From positions 9,610,001 to 9,674,000 of the forward strand of contig JBHGNT010000002.1 in assembly GCA_043228905.1 (NCBI GenBank): a stretch of DNA of 64,000 nucleotides. The letters are read 5' to 3'. The stretch comes from Azolla caroliniana (Eukaryota; Plantae; Polypodiophyta). The notes beneath the pieces are model-generated. The model had not been told where the DNA came from. It saw nothing but the letters and a program-made list of their open reading frames with translations, and did no database searches. A program made the translations under genes and the position numbers. This document shows, piece by piece, positions 23,169 to 35,198 of this stretch; the stretch's first letter is position 1, and each line of letters begins with the position of its first letter.

Positions 23169-23923
23169 TGTTGGGATTTACGGTCCCTCCGGATGGGATG
23201 TCCGGAGATGAATGACGGCAAGCCCGGTTGCGGTTACGGAACCGGAGGATGAAGAGTACCCGGCATGAAGCCGGATGAAGAGTACCCGGCTACGGAGCCG
23301 GATGACGAAGACCCGGCTACGGAGCCGGATGAGGAAGACCCCGGCTACGGAGCCGGATGACGAAGACCCGGCTACGGAGCCGGATGAGGAAGACCCCGGT
23401 TACGGAGCCGGATGACGAAGACCCCGGTTACGGAGCCGGATGATGAATGTACCCGGAGAGAGATCCGGATGCGGGGACATATTTGTGAATATGTTTGCCA
23501 AGGGCCCTTGAGGCTATATTTGTAAATAGCCCGAAAGTCATATGTGTATAAATATGACTTAGGGCAAACAGTTTTATGTTGCTGCTCATTTTCTGTTTTC
23601 ACTTAGAGGGAGCGAAGGGAGAGCAGCCGAGAGAGAGAGAGAGAGAGAGAAACGAGGAGGTCGTTGCCTCTGTGTATTACCGCCGCCTGTGGCGAGGACA
23701 GCGAGCTCAAGGTCGTCGCCTTGCAGCTCGCCATTGTATACTTCTCTGTATAGTGTTGGTTTGGAGTCTTGTACTCCCGTGGTTTTTTCCCGTTTAGGGT
23801 TTTCCACGTTAATCCCTGTGTTATCGTGTCTTTCTCTGTGTTTCCTATTTTCTGCTGCATTGATTTGTGATTTCTCGGTTGTGGCCGAACGGTGAAGGTG
23901 AATCGAAGACTTGATTCCCAACA
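23169..23923 (+). repeat. 3' LTR of the intact Copia (755 bp)
   Basis: Follows PPT GAAGGGGGAG; direct repeat of the 5' LTR. Confidence 0.96.
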
Positions 23924-23928
23924 GTTGG

Positions 23929-26409
23929 TAGGTAGCTCCGGAGTGTCGATCACCGACTAGCGAGGATGGAAACCGGTATAAGCAAAAAATGGGGAGACCC
24001 GAGTCAAGGAGTGAATAGCATTATTATACGCAAACTCCGCAAAGTGGAGAATCTCGGCCCAATCGTCCCATTGATAACTCAGGAAACACCGGAGATATTG
24101 CTCCAACGTTTGGTTTGTTCGTTCCGCCTGCTCGTCGGTCTGAGGATGGTAGCCGGAGGAGAGGTTGCAGGAGACCTTGAGCATGTTGAAGAGATGCTGC
24201 CAAAATTTGGAGACAAACTGCGGACCTCGGTCACTGATAATACTGTCTGGGAGGCCATGATGCCGAAATACCTCACGCATAACAAGAGCGGTGGTTTCCT
24301 CGCTAGTGATGGCTTTAGTACATGGCACAAAATGTGCCATCTTCGTATATCGATCGACGACGGTTAGGATAGCATCGAACCCCTTCGAGACCGGCAGATC
24401 TGTGATAAAATCAAGACAAATAGACTGCCATGGCTTACTTGGAATCGGTAAGGGTTCCAACAAGCCATATGGATGGTGTCGTGGCATCTTTGCTCGGCAG
24501 CAAGCATCACAGGTCTGAACGTAGTCGTCGACAAAAAGGCGCATGTGGGGCCACCAAAAAGATCGTTGCACTAGCTCCAACGTCTTAGTACTACCGAAAT
24601 GTCCCGCCATATGGGTGTCGTGACAATGTTGGACGATTTGAAGGCGACAGGAGCAATCAGGGACATACACGCGCTTTTTAAAGAATAACAAACCATCATG
24701 ATATTCGAATTGTCGGTAGTCAATACCTGGTTGTTGAGACTGAGAACAGGATGCCCGAGAAGTATCAATGTGTGCCAGGATGTCTTGAGATAAACTATCC
24801 GTCTTCAAGGTTGCACGTATGTCATCGGTAATCCATGAATCCATCGGGGTGTGAAAAATCCGCATCGTGTGCAATCGTGTTGGTCCCAAGATTACTTGCT
24901 TTTGATTATCAAATGTTGCGTCACCAGGACGAGGTGCAAGAATTGAATGCCGTGATAGTGCATATGCTTTTCCTTGCTGCTTCCCTGGTCGATATGTGAT
25001 TTTGAAGTCGAAACGCGTGAGGAATTGCGCCCACCGAGCTTGCCGTTGATTTAGTACGCGAGCGTTCTGAAAATAAGCAAGATTTTTATGATCGCTAAAG
25101 ACAATGACCTGATGTGGAGAGCCCTCTAAGAAATGCCGCCATTGTACAAATGAATCCACGATGGCTAATAACTCCTTGTCATGTATTTCGTAGTTGATTT
25201 CTATGACATCGAATTTGCGCAAATGGAAAGCCACCGGATGCAACTCTTCTTTATCGCCTTGTTGAGAAAGGATGCTACCGAGGGCGAAATGTGATGCGTC
25301 GGCCTCCATGATGAATGGTTTGCTTGTATCCACATGAGCTAGAATCGGTGCTGATGTAAAGGCTTTCTTAAGATGCCGAAAAGCCATATCTGCTTCTATG
25401 GACCAAAGAAATGCTTGGCCCTTCTTCGTAAGTTGTGCGAGAGGTAAAATAATCTTCGAGTAATCATGTATAAACTTATGGTAGAAGTTAGCAAAACCTA
25501 GAAAACATTGTACATCTCGTACCGACCGTGGAATTTGCCACTCTAGTACATTTTGGATTTTAGCTGGATCCATGGCGATGCCCTTTGAGGAGATGACGTA
25601 GCCTAGAAAATCCACTTGCTTGCAGTCAAAGCTACATTTTTCGAGCTTGGCATAAAGACCATTCTCGCGGAGTCTCTTTAGTACTAATAGTACATGAGAA
25701 TCGTGCTCTTCCTGGGTCTTCGAATAAATCAATAGATCATCCAGATAAATGATCAAACAGATATCCAAGAGGTCTCTGAATATATGATTTGCCATGTGTT
25801 GGAAGACTGCGGGTGCATTGGTTAGGCCAAACGGCATAACAGTATACTCGAAATGCCCATACCGCGTGCGAAAGGTGGTCTTCCACTCATCTCCCGATCG
25901 GATCCGCATGAGGTTATACGCTCCTCGTAGGTCGATTTTAGTAAAAAAGTTGGCACCATTAACTCGCTCTAAAAGACTTGATATAAGAGGAAGTGCATAC
26001 TTATTCCGGATGGTGACTTTATTCAATCCGCGGTAATCAACGACAAGACGAAGTGATATTACACACACAAAACTACCTAGGACAACTTGAATGGGTTCTG
26101 ATTCTTCTACAATATTCCCGGAAGCAATGGGACGACCATCAATGACTACTACAGATGTGGGACAAGGAAGTTTTCTTAAGGATATCTGAGAAGCTTGGAC
26201 AAAATTTCGATCCATGAAACAGGAATTAGCTCCGGAATCTAAAAGTGCTAGGACGGGTTCTGGGGGAGTACTTTTAGTACTAACAATGACTTGGGCTAGG
26301 AACACATTGCTAACTTGCTTGGAAGGAATGGAACCACTAATGGGCTGTACAAATCTAGGGTTGCTGTCCAACAAACGACTCCTATTTTGGTTGGACTCAA
26401 TCGTTTAAC
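23929..26409 (-). pseudogene. pol: Pol of chromovirus A (PR, RT, RNaseH, integrase) with an in-frame deletion of about 0.5 kb
   Basis: LLDSGA, MPFGLTNAP, YLDD, DAS, HX6H/CXXC and ISDRG. The protease joins directly to LRLVVDYRG, lacking the segment present in copy B at about 36670-37170. Confidence 0.92.
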
Positions 26410-27555
26410 TCTTCATCTAATTGACTAAGGATTTCAAATTTATCTTGAGATACTTGGGCTATTAGTACTATGAATACTATCAAACACTCTATTAGTACTA
26501 TTAATACTATCAGACACTCCTAAGGGAAGAATTGACTCGGGTTTAGTACAGGCTACAATTTGATTTACCTGTCTTCTTGGCCTATGGGGACAATTGATTG
26601 CGATATGCCCTGGTCCACCGCAATAAAGACATAATCGATTTGCACGTCGTCGTTGCTTTTCTTCTTCCGATAACGGGCCGCGTCGACGCATGGTATCGAT
26701 CTCCATCGGTGTCGAAGTATTTGCTTGAGGTATGTCTCGTGCAAACGGTCTAGCCGTGACTGCGGCGTAAGTGGGCTCCGGCCTAGCGCGTGGTATCTGT
26801 AATTGACATTCCGAACGCCGTTCGAAGAGGCGGTTGTCACATCGGACCGCTCGACTTATTGCCTCCGTAAGAGACTTTGGTTCTTCGGGGAAGGTTAGAA
26901 GTAGATCTTTGACATCATTTCGCAGGCCATAGAGAAACTGCTCCATTAGTGCTTGATCATCCCAGGGTATGTCGGAAGCGAGTAGGCGGAAATCCGCCGC
27001 GTAGGCAGAGGCTGGACGATCGCCTTGACGCAATCGCCGGATCTTGTTGATCGCCGTCCTGATGTTGTCGGTGTCTCCAAAGCAGGCTTTGAACTGACTA
27101 ATAAAATCTTCAAAGTTATTAAGCAAGGGCGATTGTTTTTCTAGAAGCGGAGCGAACCATGCTAAAGCTGAGCCGCTAAGCAACGTGCCTATTAAGCCGA
27201 CTCGGGATGCATCAATGGGGTATCGGGAAGGATGCATTTGGAGGACTAATCGTACCTGATTAAGGAATCCCCTGAATTGCGATCGCGTTCCATCGAATTT
27301 CACAGGAAGTCCAATCTTCGGCTCTTTATGAAATCCTTGGGGACTTGATCCTTGTTGTTGCAATGCCGCTTCGAGTTGTTGCACCCGTAACGCTAACTAC
27401 CCATGTTGTTGCTGTGTTTGTTGCTTTTCTAGAGCGATTTGTTGCAGATCCCCTATCAGCCGTTGGTTTTCTTGTTCCAGGGCAACAAACTTTTCTTTTA
27501 GGCACTGTAACTCGGAGAAAACGGATTGATATTCTTGGGCGCTAACAGTAGCCAT
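26397..27555 (-). pseudogene. gag: Gag of chromovirus A (retrotransposon gag plus CCHC knuckle), with premature stops
   Basis: ATG at 27555 (MATVSAQEY), KFDGTRSQFRGF, LRQG and CLYCGGPGHIAINC; ends ...ELND-stop; in-frame stops near 27397 and 26440. Confidence 0.88.
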
Positions 27556-27631
27556 AGTAGAGGGAAAAGGGTAGGAGGATGAGGGAGAACGATAACTAGG
27601 CTGGAGGAAAGAGGAAGAAATTGGTTCAAAC

Positions 27632-28055
27632 TGTAAGGAATAGTACTAAAGCAGAGATGGAATTAGTACTAAGAAGAGTAGTACTATTAGTACTAAGAGG
27701 ACGGGACTGCGTAAGATTCCCGAGAGAGAGGAAGTGAGAAGAGGAGAGAGAGAGATAGGATGATGACAACAACTCTTATATTATATGAAAGATAAGTACA
27801 AATCGGCTAAGAGGCTTAAGACTGGTGTTGAACCAATTTCGTTCAAAACAATGCCTTGTGCCTCCTTTTATAGTGTTTTTAGGAATAATCCTGAAGCTTC
27901 TAGAATGTTCCAGAGAGATTTGGAATATACATCAATTTTCTATGATAAAGCATAAATGAAAATAGTATCCTACAAATTACAACTCATAGTCTAATGGTAA
28001 GAGCTCGACCCATGTAGCATAAGGTCATGGGTTCGAGTCTTGCTATATCATGACA
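27632..28055 (-). repeat. 5' LTR of chromovirus A
   Basis: Direct repeat of 17318-17741; TATA on the minus strand at 27866-27872. Confidence 0.95.
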
Positions 28056-28826
28056 TATGGTTGAAGCGGCTACTTAAGGATCTGCAGGTGGAGGTATCCG
28101 ATCCAACGACAATCTACTACGACAACCTTAGCAGCATCCAGCTAGCTAAGAACCCCGTCTTCCACGCCCGGACTAAGCACATTGAGGTGCACAACCATTT
28201 CCTCCGTGAGCGTGTCCTCTTCGGTGAAGTCGAACTTCAGTATGTTTTGACAGATCGGCAGAACGCCGACATCTTCACCAAGCCTCTTGGTCTGGAGAAG
28301 TTGCGGCAATTCTCGGGTGCGCTTGGGTTGCGTCACCTCGACGTGCCGAACTTGAGGGGGAGAGACGTCCCGAATGACCACGGAAGAGGGAGAGAAGTTC
28401 CAAAAGACGAAGACCGCGACGCCGAGTGAGATGACGAATTCGATTTTAGATCGGTTGAAGAAGCCGAGGGTGGACCCGCGGAAGATTCCAAAAGCGGACA
28501 TAAGGGAAGCAGTCGAAAGAAAGAGCCGAAGCCAACCAAGGGCGAGAAGACCGAGGACGAGTTGGAGACAACCAACTCTAACGAGACTGAAAACCGATTA
28601 GAGGAAATTGAGTTGGTTCGGATGTTTGATTCAGATACGCTGAATCAACCAAGGGCCAAGTGGAAGAGAAGGCAGCAGAAGAGGTGCCAACACCGCAATA
28701 ACAAGGAAGCTGAGAAGGGCCGTGTGAGCAGACAAGCCAACCGAAAGGGTTGAGGAGCACGAACGAGGTGTGAAGCCAGAAGGAACCAGAGAGCAGATGG
28801 AACCCCAAGTTGAGCTTGAGGGGGAC

Positions 28827-29277
28827 TGTTGAGATACAAGCTCAACATTGGCCGGATCGGCTGTGCAAGCCGAGAACCGGATCGGTTGGGGCTGATTGGT
28901 TAGGCCAGACCGGTGTGTAAAATTGGTGTGTAAACCAGTACACAAACCAGTGTGTAACGAGAAGTCGTAGCGGTGCATAAACCGCGAGGCTGTTGGAAAG
29001 ATATTCCGCGTAGGAATATATTTTGGGAGTTAGCGTAAAGCTAAGTTATGAGCATTGAAGTACGTGTTAGTACTTCTGTCAATCCGTATGGACTTGTATA
29101 AAAGTGCTCACTGAGCACATCCTATGTATAGATTGAGTATTATTTTGAATCGAGTTTTTCTGTGTGTTCTCTCTCTCTCTCTGTCTCTCCCGCGTACTGT
29201 GCATATACAAGCTCTCCATTAAACCTGCGTATTTTCTGTGCTCGATTTCCTATTGCTTCCGCACGCTATTCTTTAGA
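28827..29277 (+). repeat. 3' LTR of the Copia at 11772-29277
   Basis: Follows PPT GAGGGGGAC; homologous to the LTR at 43519-43884; terminal CA appears mutated to GA before the TSD. Confidence 0.88.
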
Positions 29278-29320
29278 AAAGAGAATCAAGTCTTCATTAA
29301 AGACTACATCGCTACTCCTA

Positions 29321-31643
29321 AACTCATCATCGCCGTATCCAAGGAATATGCATGGCCGGAACTTCGGATCCAATTTCCCTCTCTTGTTCTTTGCTACATG
29401 CATGTAGGTGAGACTACCCAACACCTTCAGATGCCGGTAAGACACATCTTTACCGATCCATACTCTCTGTGGTGTGTCTCTGTTTATCATGTATGTCGCC
29501 ATCATTAGCGCCTCAACCCAAAACCTCTTGGGTAACTTAGCATGTGCCAGTATGCTCCAGACTCTCTCCATCACCATCTGGTTCATCCCTTTGGCCAATC
29601 CATTCAGCTCCGGTGTCTTCGGCACGGTAAATTTGAGCCGGATTCCATTTGATCGGTAGTACTCGTCAAATTGCCCTCGGTATTTGCCTCCGTTGTCCGC
29701 TCAAACCGCCTTCAGCTTCCGGCCGGTTTCTCTTTCCACTCTCAGGTGGAACTCCTTGAAGGTGGTCAACACCTGATCCTTCGTCTTCAACAGTGAGATG
29801 CACAACTTTCGATTGTGGTTATGTATGAACATCATGAAGTACTGTGATCCGGCATGTGACTTCGTCTCCACCTGGCATACATCGGTATGCACGAGCTCCT
29901 GTGGCGCATTCCATCTCATCGGTGGTCTTGTCCAGAAAGAGGTTCGGTTTTGCTTGCCAGCCAAATAGTCGGTGCACTTCTCAAGTTGCACGTATTTCAC
30001 CTCCGGAAGGATCTCTTTGGCAAGTCTCCGCATTCCCTTCTAGCTCATGTGCCACAGCCTCTTCTGCCACAGCTCACCGACAGTGCTGGATACCACGTTC
30101 ACTTCTTCCTGGCATATCCGGGCATGCATCAGGTACAATGTGTTGATCTTCCGGGCTTGGGCCACTATCAAGCTCCGTTTGCTGAACTTCATGACTTCGT
30201 TCTAGATGCTACTAGTGTATCCTTCAACTGAACCTCTGGAACATATCAGACATCTCTCAGCACCAACTTGCACCCGGTTGACGTCATCAACAACACATCT
30301 CCTATGACGATAATTCGGCATGCACCTTTATACCCATCCGAACAGAATCATGATCTCCGGCCCTGTAAGATGAGAAGCACTTTCGGTTGGGGGTCAGATG
30401 GAATGACGCTCTAGAGTCAACTGCCCACGTCATTTAGTCGCTGACAATATGTAGCTCCCTATCCTCGGTGATGAGCATCAATTCTTCTTTGCTTGTCGCG
30501 ATTGCCGATGTTCCTTTTTGATCCAAACTTTTTTGGTCCGGACCCTTCTTCAAGTTGGCATTGTCGTCTTCTGGAAGTGCCTTGGCTTCCCACATTAGAA
30601 GCACGCGGGCCTCCCCCTTGACTTTGACCTCGTCCTTGATTTGTCCCAGTTATGGGGACTTCGATTCCGGCCTCTTCCCCGGTTATGGTCGTCTTCTGTG
30701 ACCAAGGCCTTCGGATCAATTATGGACTCCTGGTCCTTCCGACTTGCTTCTTCATCCAGCAAGCTCAACTTTACTCTTGCTAGGGATAGGTGTTTCCCTT
30801 TTGGCCCGGTGTTGCTCAAAGTGACAAGTAGCGTCTCCCAACAATCTGGGAGGGAACCGAGTAGCAACAACGCAAGTACCTCGTCAACTAGAGGTACTTC
30901 CAACGAGGTTGTTTCATTTATATGGCCGTAGAAGGCATTCATGTGCTCCGTCATACTAGATCCATCTTGGTATCAGACTCTCACTAACTTTCGGAATACT
31001 GAGATCCGATTCACAACATTTTTTCTCTCAAGCATGGTACCGATTATCTGCTAGAGCACATGAGCCTTACTCTCGTCATTAAATTTGTTGTACAAGCTCA
31101 TGTTGATGAAGCATCGAATGTATGTTGTCATCTTCATATGAAGATTAACACACTTACACAGAATGAGATGAGACCAGATGTTAATGTAGAAAACCCTAAT
31201 CGGGAAAAACCACGGGAGCCCACAGACTCCAACTATTACTATGAGAGGAAGGATACAATGTGAGACTCAGAGTTAACGACCTCGACCTCTATGTCTTCGC
31301 CAACTGGCAGTTACAACAGAAAATACTTTCTGTTTCTCTCTATCTCACTTTCTCTCTCTCTCTGTGTCTATACAACAAGAATGATAACAACTACAATGAT
31401 GATGATAACAACACTATTTGCCCTAATTATATTTATACTCATATAACTTACGGGCTATTTACAAATATGACCTCAATGGTCACGTTTGAACATATTTACT
31501 AATATGTTCATATTTCCTGGTTCATACCGAATCCGGTCGGACTCCTTCCGGATCCATCCGGCTTGGTTCCTTCCTTCATCCTGTCTGATTCAGTTTGTCC
31601 GATTCTCATCCGCATTCCATCCGGAGGGATCTATTTCCCAACA
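29321..31643 (-). mobile_element. 5' half of a decayed Tork-like Copia (partial LTR, gag, protease, integrase)
   Basis: The LTR start TGTTGGGAAATAGATCCCTCCGGATGG at 31643 resembles 18349. Fragments HTDVCQVETKSHAG and PKTPELNGLA are close to the intact element. LTR end and PBS are deleted near 31140. Confidence 0.85.
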
Positions 31644-32060
31644 GTTTCATGGGGTGCCAACTTAGTCCTTTTCTCCCTAGGGATGAATGCATAGGCTTTG
31701 CATCCGAAAATACAGAGCCTGTCATTGGTTAGCATTTTGCCTGATCATAGTGCCTGTGGCACTTTGTGCTTGATTGCTTTTGATGGTGGTAAATTTATCA
31801 GGTAGACAACCATTTGTAATGCTTTGGCCCAGAATTCCAGCTTAGTCTGGATTGCTGGAGCATTGTTGTCACCCTCTCCTGGATTGTTCGATTGATCCAT
31901 TCCGCCATGCCATTCAACATGGCTGTCTAAGGAACGATCTTTTGGTGACAGATCCCTTTGTTGGACAAGTACTGTTTGAAGGCTTGGGAGGTGTACTCAC
32001 CTCCGTTGTCGAACCAGATTGTCTTCACTCGGTATCCTGACCTGTTCTCCACTTCAACTA
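31644..32060 (-). pseudogene. Copia integrase fragment, probably upstream part of the 9309-11771 element
   Basis: Minus strand reads DNGGEY...NGMAE...FGCKAYAFIPREKRTKLAPHE up to the LTR at 31643. Confidence 0.7.
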
Positions 32061-32526
32061 TTGATACTTTGTCTCCTTGATCGATGACTATAGCCGACAC
32101 ACTTGGATCTACCTCATCGAAAAGAAGAGTGAAGTCTTCGACTGGTTCCAGAACTTAAAAAACTTAGTAGAGAGGGAAACTGAAAGAAAGGTCAAGTGTT
32201 TGCGGTCGGATGGCAGAAAGAATACTTTTCTAGATAGTTCAACTGTTATCTACAACAAATGGGAATTCAGCGTGAATTCCGTTGTAGATATACGCCCGAC
32301 TAGAACGTGTTGCCGAAAGGAAGAATCAGTCGGTTGTGGAAGTAACAAGGGCAATGTTGGAGGAGAATAGCATGCCCAAGTTCTATTGGGCCGAAGTGAT
32401 TTAGATTGTGGTGTACATCCAAAATCGAATCATAAAAAAGGTGTCGGCACATGAGTTGTACTTCAGACGGAAACCGAACTTAAGACACCCGAGGGTATTC
32501 GGTAGCATTCCCTATGTGCATTTCCC

Positions 32527-32790
32527 TGCACGCTCCCTATGCGCAACGCTCGGCCACAACCGAGCTTAGAATCATACACAGAAAACGGGAAATGAAAGAC
32601 ATGACACAAAGGAGAGAAAGAGTACACAGGATGTTTAACGTGGAAAACCCTTAGAGGGAAAAACCACGGGAGTCCACAGACTCCAAACTATCACTATCTA
32701 AGAATGTACAATGGTGGAGCACCGAGGCAACAACCTCGAGCTGCTATCTTCGCCACAGTCGGCGGTTACAACAGAGATGCGAACTTTTTG

Positions 32791-32823
<33 letters not shown>

Positions 32824-33202
32824 GTACATTGTTACACGCTTTCTCTTCTTGCACCAACAAGAATGACAACACATGTATATTATATCAAAAGTTTGCCCTA
32901 GTCATATTTATACTAATATGACTTTTCGGCTATTTACAAATATAGCCACGATGGACTCTCAGAAACATGTTTACGAATATGTCTCTTCATCCGGAGAGCG
33001 CTCCTCACCGGGCCTGCATCATCCGGATCTTGCCGGGCACTCGTCATCCGGTTCTCACCGGGTTTGCACCATCCGGCTCTTCGTAGCCGAGTACTCCTCA
33101 TCCGGTTCTCACCGGGTCTGCGCTATCCAGCTCTCCGTAGTCGAGTTTGCTCATCAGCACTGTTCTTCTCCCTTCCCATCCGGAGGGACTTGTTTCCTAA
33201 CA
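32527..33202 (-). mobile_element. Solo or eroded LTR related to the Tork-like family
   Basis: Homologous to 6924-7821 with a shorter CCGG array; clean right end (CCTAACA), eroded left end, no clear TSD. Confidence 0.8.
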
Positions 33203-35198
33203 CCGTGCAAGGAACCAAGGAGACAGTATATGCACAAGGAAAAGGGGAGGATGAAGATGCCGAAGTACGACATAGATAAAGGTATGTCAGATCACGGAGA
33301 ATTTGACACCAACCGAAGTGAAGATGGACCTCAAGAGTTGAGATCCAATGTGGCCAAGAGGGCCCTCAAATCGGTGAATGAGAAGCTACACCGATCTACT
33401 CACCACAAGAAACCGGTGATCCGGTATGGTTATAACGAGTACATGGCGCACACTTATGCATACATGACAAAAGTGGCGAAAGTCTGCGAGCCGGAGAGCT
33501 ATGCGGAGGCATCACAGGATGTCAAATGGTGTACGGCCATGGAGGAAGAAATGCAAGCACTTGATGCCAACGACACATGGGACCTAGTTGACCTTCCCCG
33601 ACACTGCAAATTTATTAGATGTAAATGGGTATATAAGGTGAAATATAATGCTGACGGCTCGGTCAACCGGTAGAAGGCCTGATTGGTGGCCAAGAGATAT
33701 GCACAGACCCATGGAATCGATTATGACGAGACCTTCGCACCGATGGCTAAGATGACGATGGTTCGTGTGGTGTTGGCAGTCACAGTGGCAAGGGGCTGGC
33801 ATCTCCACTAGATGGACGTAAAGAACATGTTTCTTCAAGGAGATGTTGACTAACAAGTATACAAGGTCCAGCCACCCGGATTTCAGTTGGAGGTGAACAA
33901 GTCGGTAGTATGTCGACTAAAGAAGTCACTTTATGGCCTCAAGCAAGCCCTTGTGGTTGGAACTCAAAAATCACCCATCAATTGCGTAAGATCAGGTTTG
34001 TGGCCTCGAAAACTGACTCTTCTCTGTTCATCTGGAAAGGTCCGAAGGGTCTAGTGTGCATATTGCTCTATGTGGATGACTTGGTTGTCACCAGACCCGA
34101 CCTTACTGAAATCGGCCAAGTAAAGTCTCCGTTGTCGGAGGCATTCAAGATGAAAGACCTAGGAGACCTTCACTACTTCCTCAGAATCAAAGTGATCCAC
34201 ACTCTTGAAGGAATATTGCTATCTCAGTGACATTATGTGTTGAATATGTGGTACAAATTTGGTATGAAGGATTGTCGATCCGTCTCTACTCCCCTCGACA
34301 GAAGCTTGAAGCTACATCTCGACTCGGGAGCGGCCTGCGATGAAAAATGGTTCCGACAAATGGTTGGAAGCCTTATTTACTTAACTATCACTCGACCCGA
34401 CCTTAGCTTTCTGGTCGGGGTGATTAGTCAGTTCATGTAGAGATCGACTGTTGAGCACCTTTAGTGCGTGCACCGAATCTTGCGATATGTGAGCGGCACG
34501 ACATGTTTACTCTCGGAAGCACGGTTGTAGCGTGGAGTAGCAAGACACAACCGAAAACGGCCCTATCAAGCACTAAGGCTGAGTATAGAGATGTTGGCAG
34601 CCTTGGACGGCCAAGTGGGAAAGTTCAAGAAGGAGAAAAAACTAAGGGACGGTTATGGCAAGCGAAGAAGACGGGTGGTGTCATGATATGGCAAGACTCA
34701 AACCCATTACCTTATGTTACATGGGTTGACCTCTTGACCATTAGACTATATGTTGTTATACAAAAAATATTATTTTCATTTAAGTTTTACTATAGAAAAT
34801 TTATGTATATTCCAAATTTCTCTGGAACATTCTAGAAACTTTAGGAGTACTCCTGAGAACACTATAAAAGGAGGCACAAGGCATTATTTTGAACCAAATA
34901 GGTTCAACGTCAGTCTTAAGCCTCCTAGCTACTATTGTATATTCTCTTAACATAATATATATCTTTTGTTATCATCATTCTCTTTCTCTCCCTCTCTCTC
35001 TCTCACTGAATCTTTCCTTCTCTCGAGAGTTGTACACCACCCTTAGTACTAATCCTCCTCTTTTAGTACTAATTCCTCCGTTGTCTTGGTACTGCTCCTG
35101 ACAGTTTGAACCGATTTTGTCTCATTCCTTCTCTTCCTTTATCTTCTTACTTCTCCCTCCCTTCATACTAAACTGTTATTCCTCTTTTCTCTCATACT

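Larger units (their letters stand above)
18349..23923 (+). mobile_element. Intact, young Copia LTR retrotransposon (Tork/Tnt1-like), TSD GTTGG
   Basis: LTRs 18349-19021 and 23169-23923 look identical apart from 82 bp of extra tandem units; GTTGG at 18344-18348 and 23924-23928; PBS, PPT and one uninterrupted ORF. Confidence 0.97.
17318..28055 (-). mobile_element. Gypsy chromovirus (Tcn1-like), copy A, TSD TATGG
   Basis: 424-bp LTRs at 17318-17741 and 27632-28055 (about 12 mismatches); TATGG at 17313-17317 and 28056-28060; PPT 17742-17754; order gag, PR-RT-RH-INT, chromodomain. Confidence 0.95.
11772..29277 (+). mobile_element. Copia element (Ale/Retrofit-like RT, tentative), decayed, TSD AAAGA, host of the Gypsy insertion
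   Basis: AAAGA at 11767-11771 and 29278-29282. Gag, zinc knuckle, protease WYVDSGASNHM, integrase, RT (LYVDD) and RNaseH fragments with stops; RNaseH resumes at 28061; 3' LTR 28827-29277. Confidence 0.9.

Noticed and set aside
19105-23221. Many antisense and alternate-frame ORFs in the intact Copia
   Set aside because: Expected shadows of a GC-rich coding strand; no motifs.
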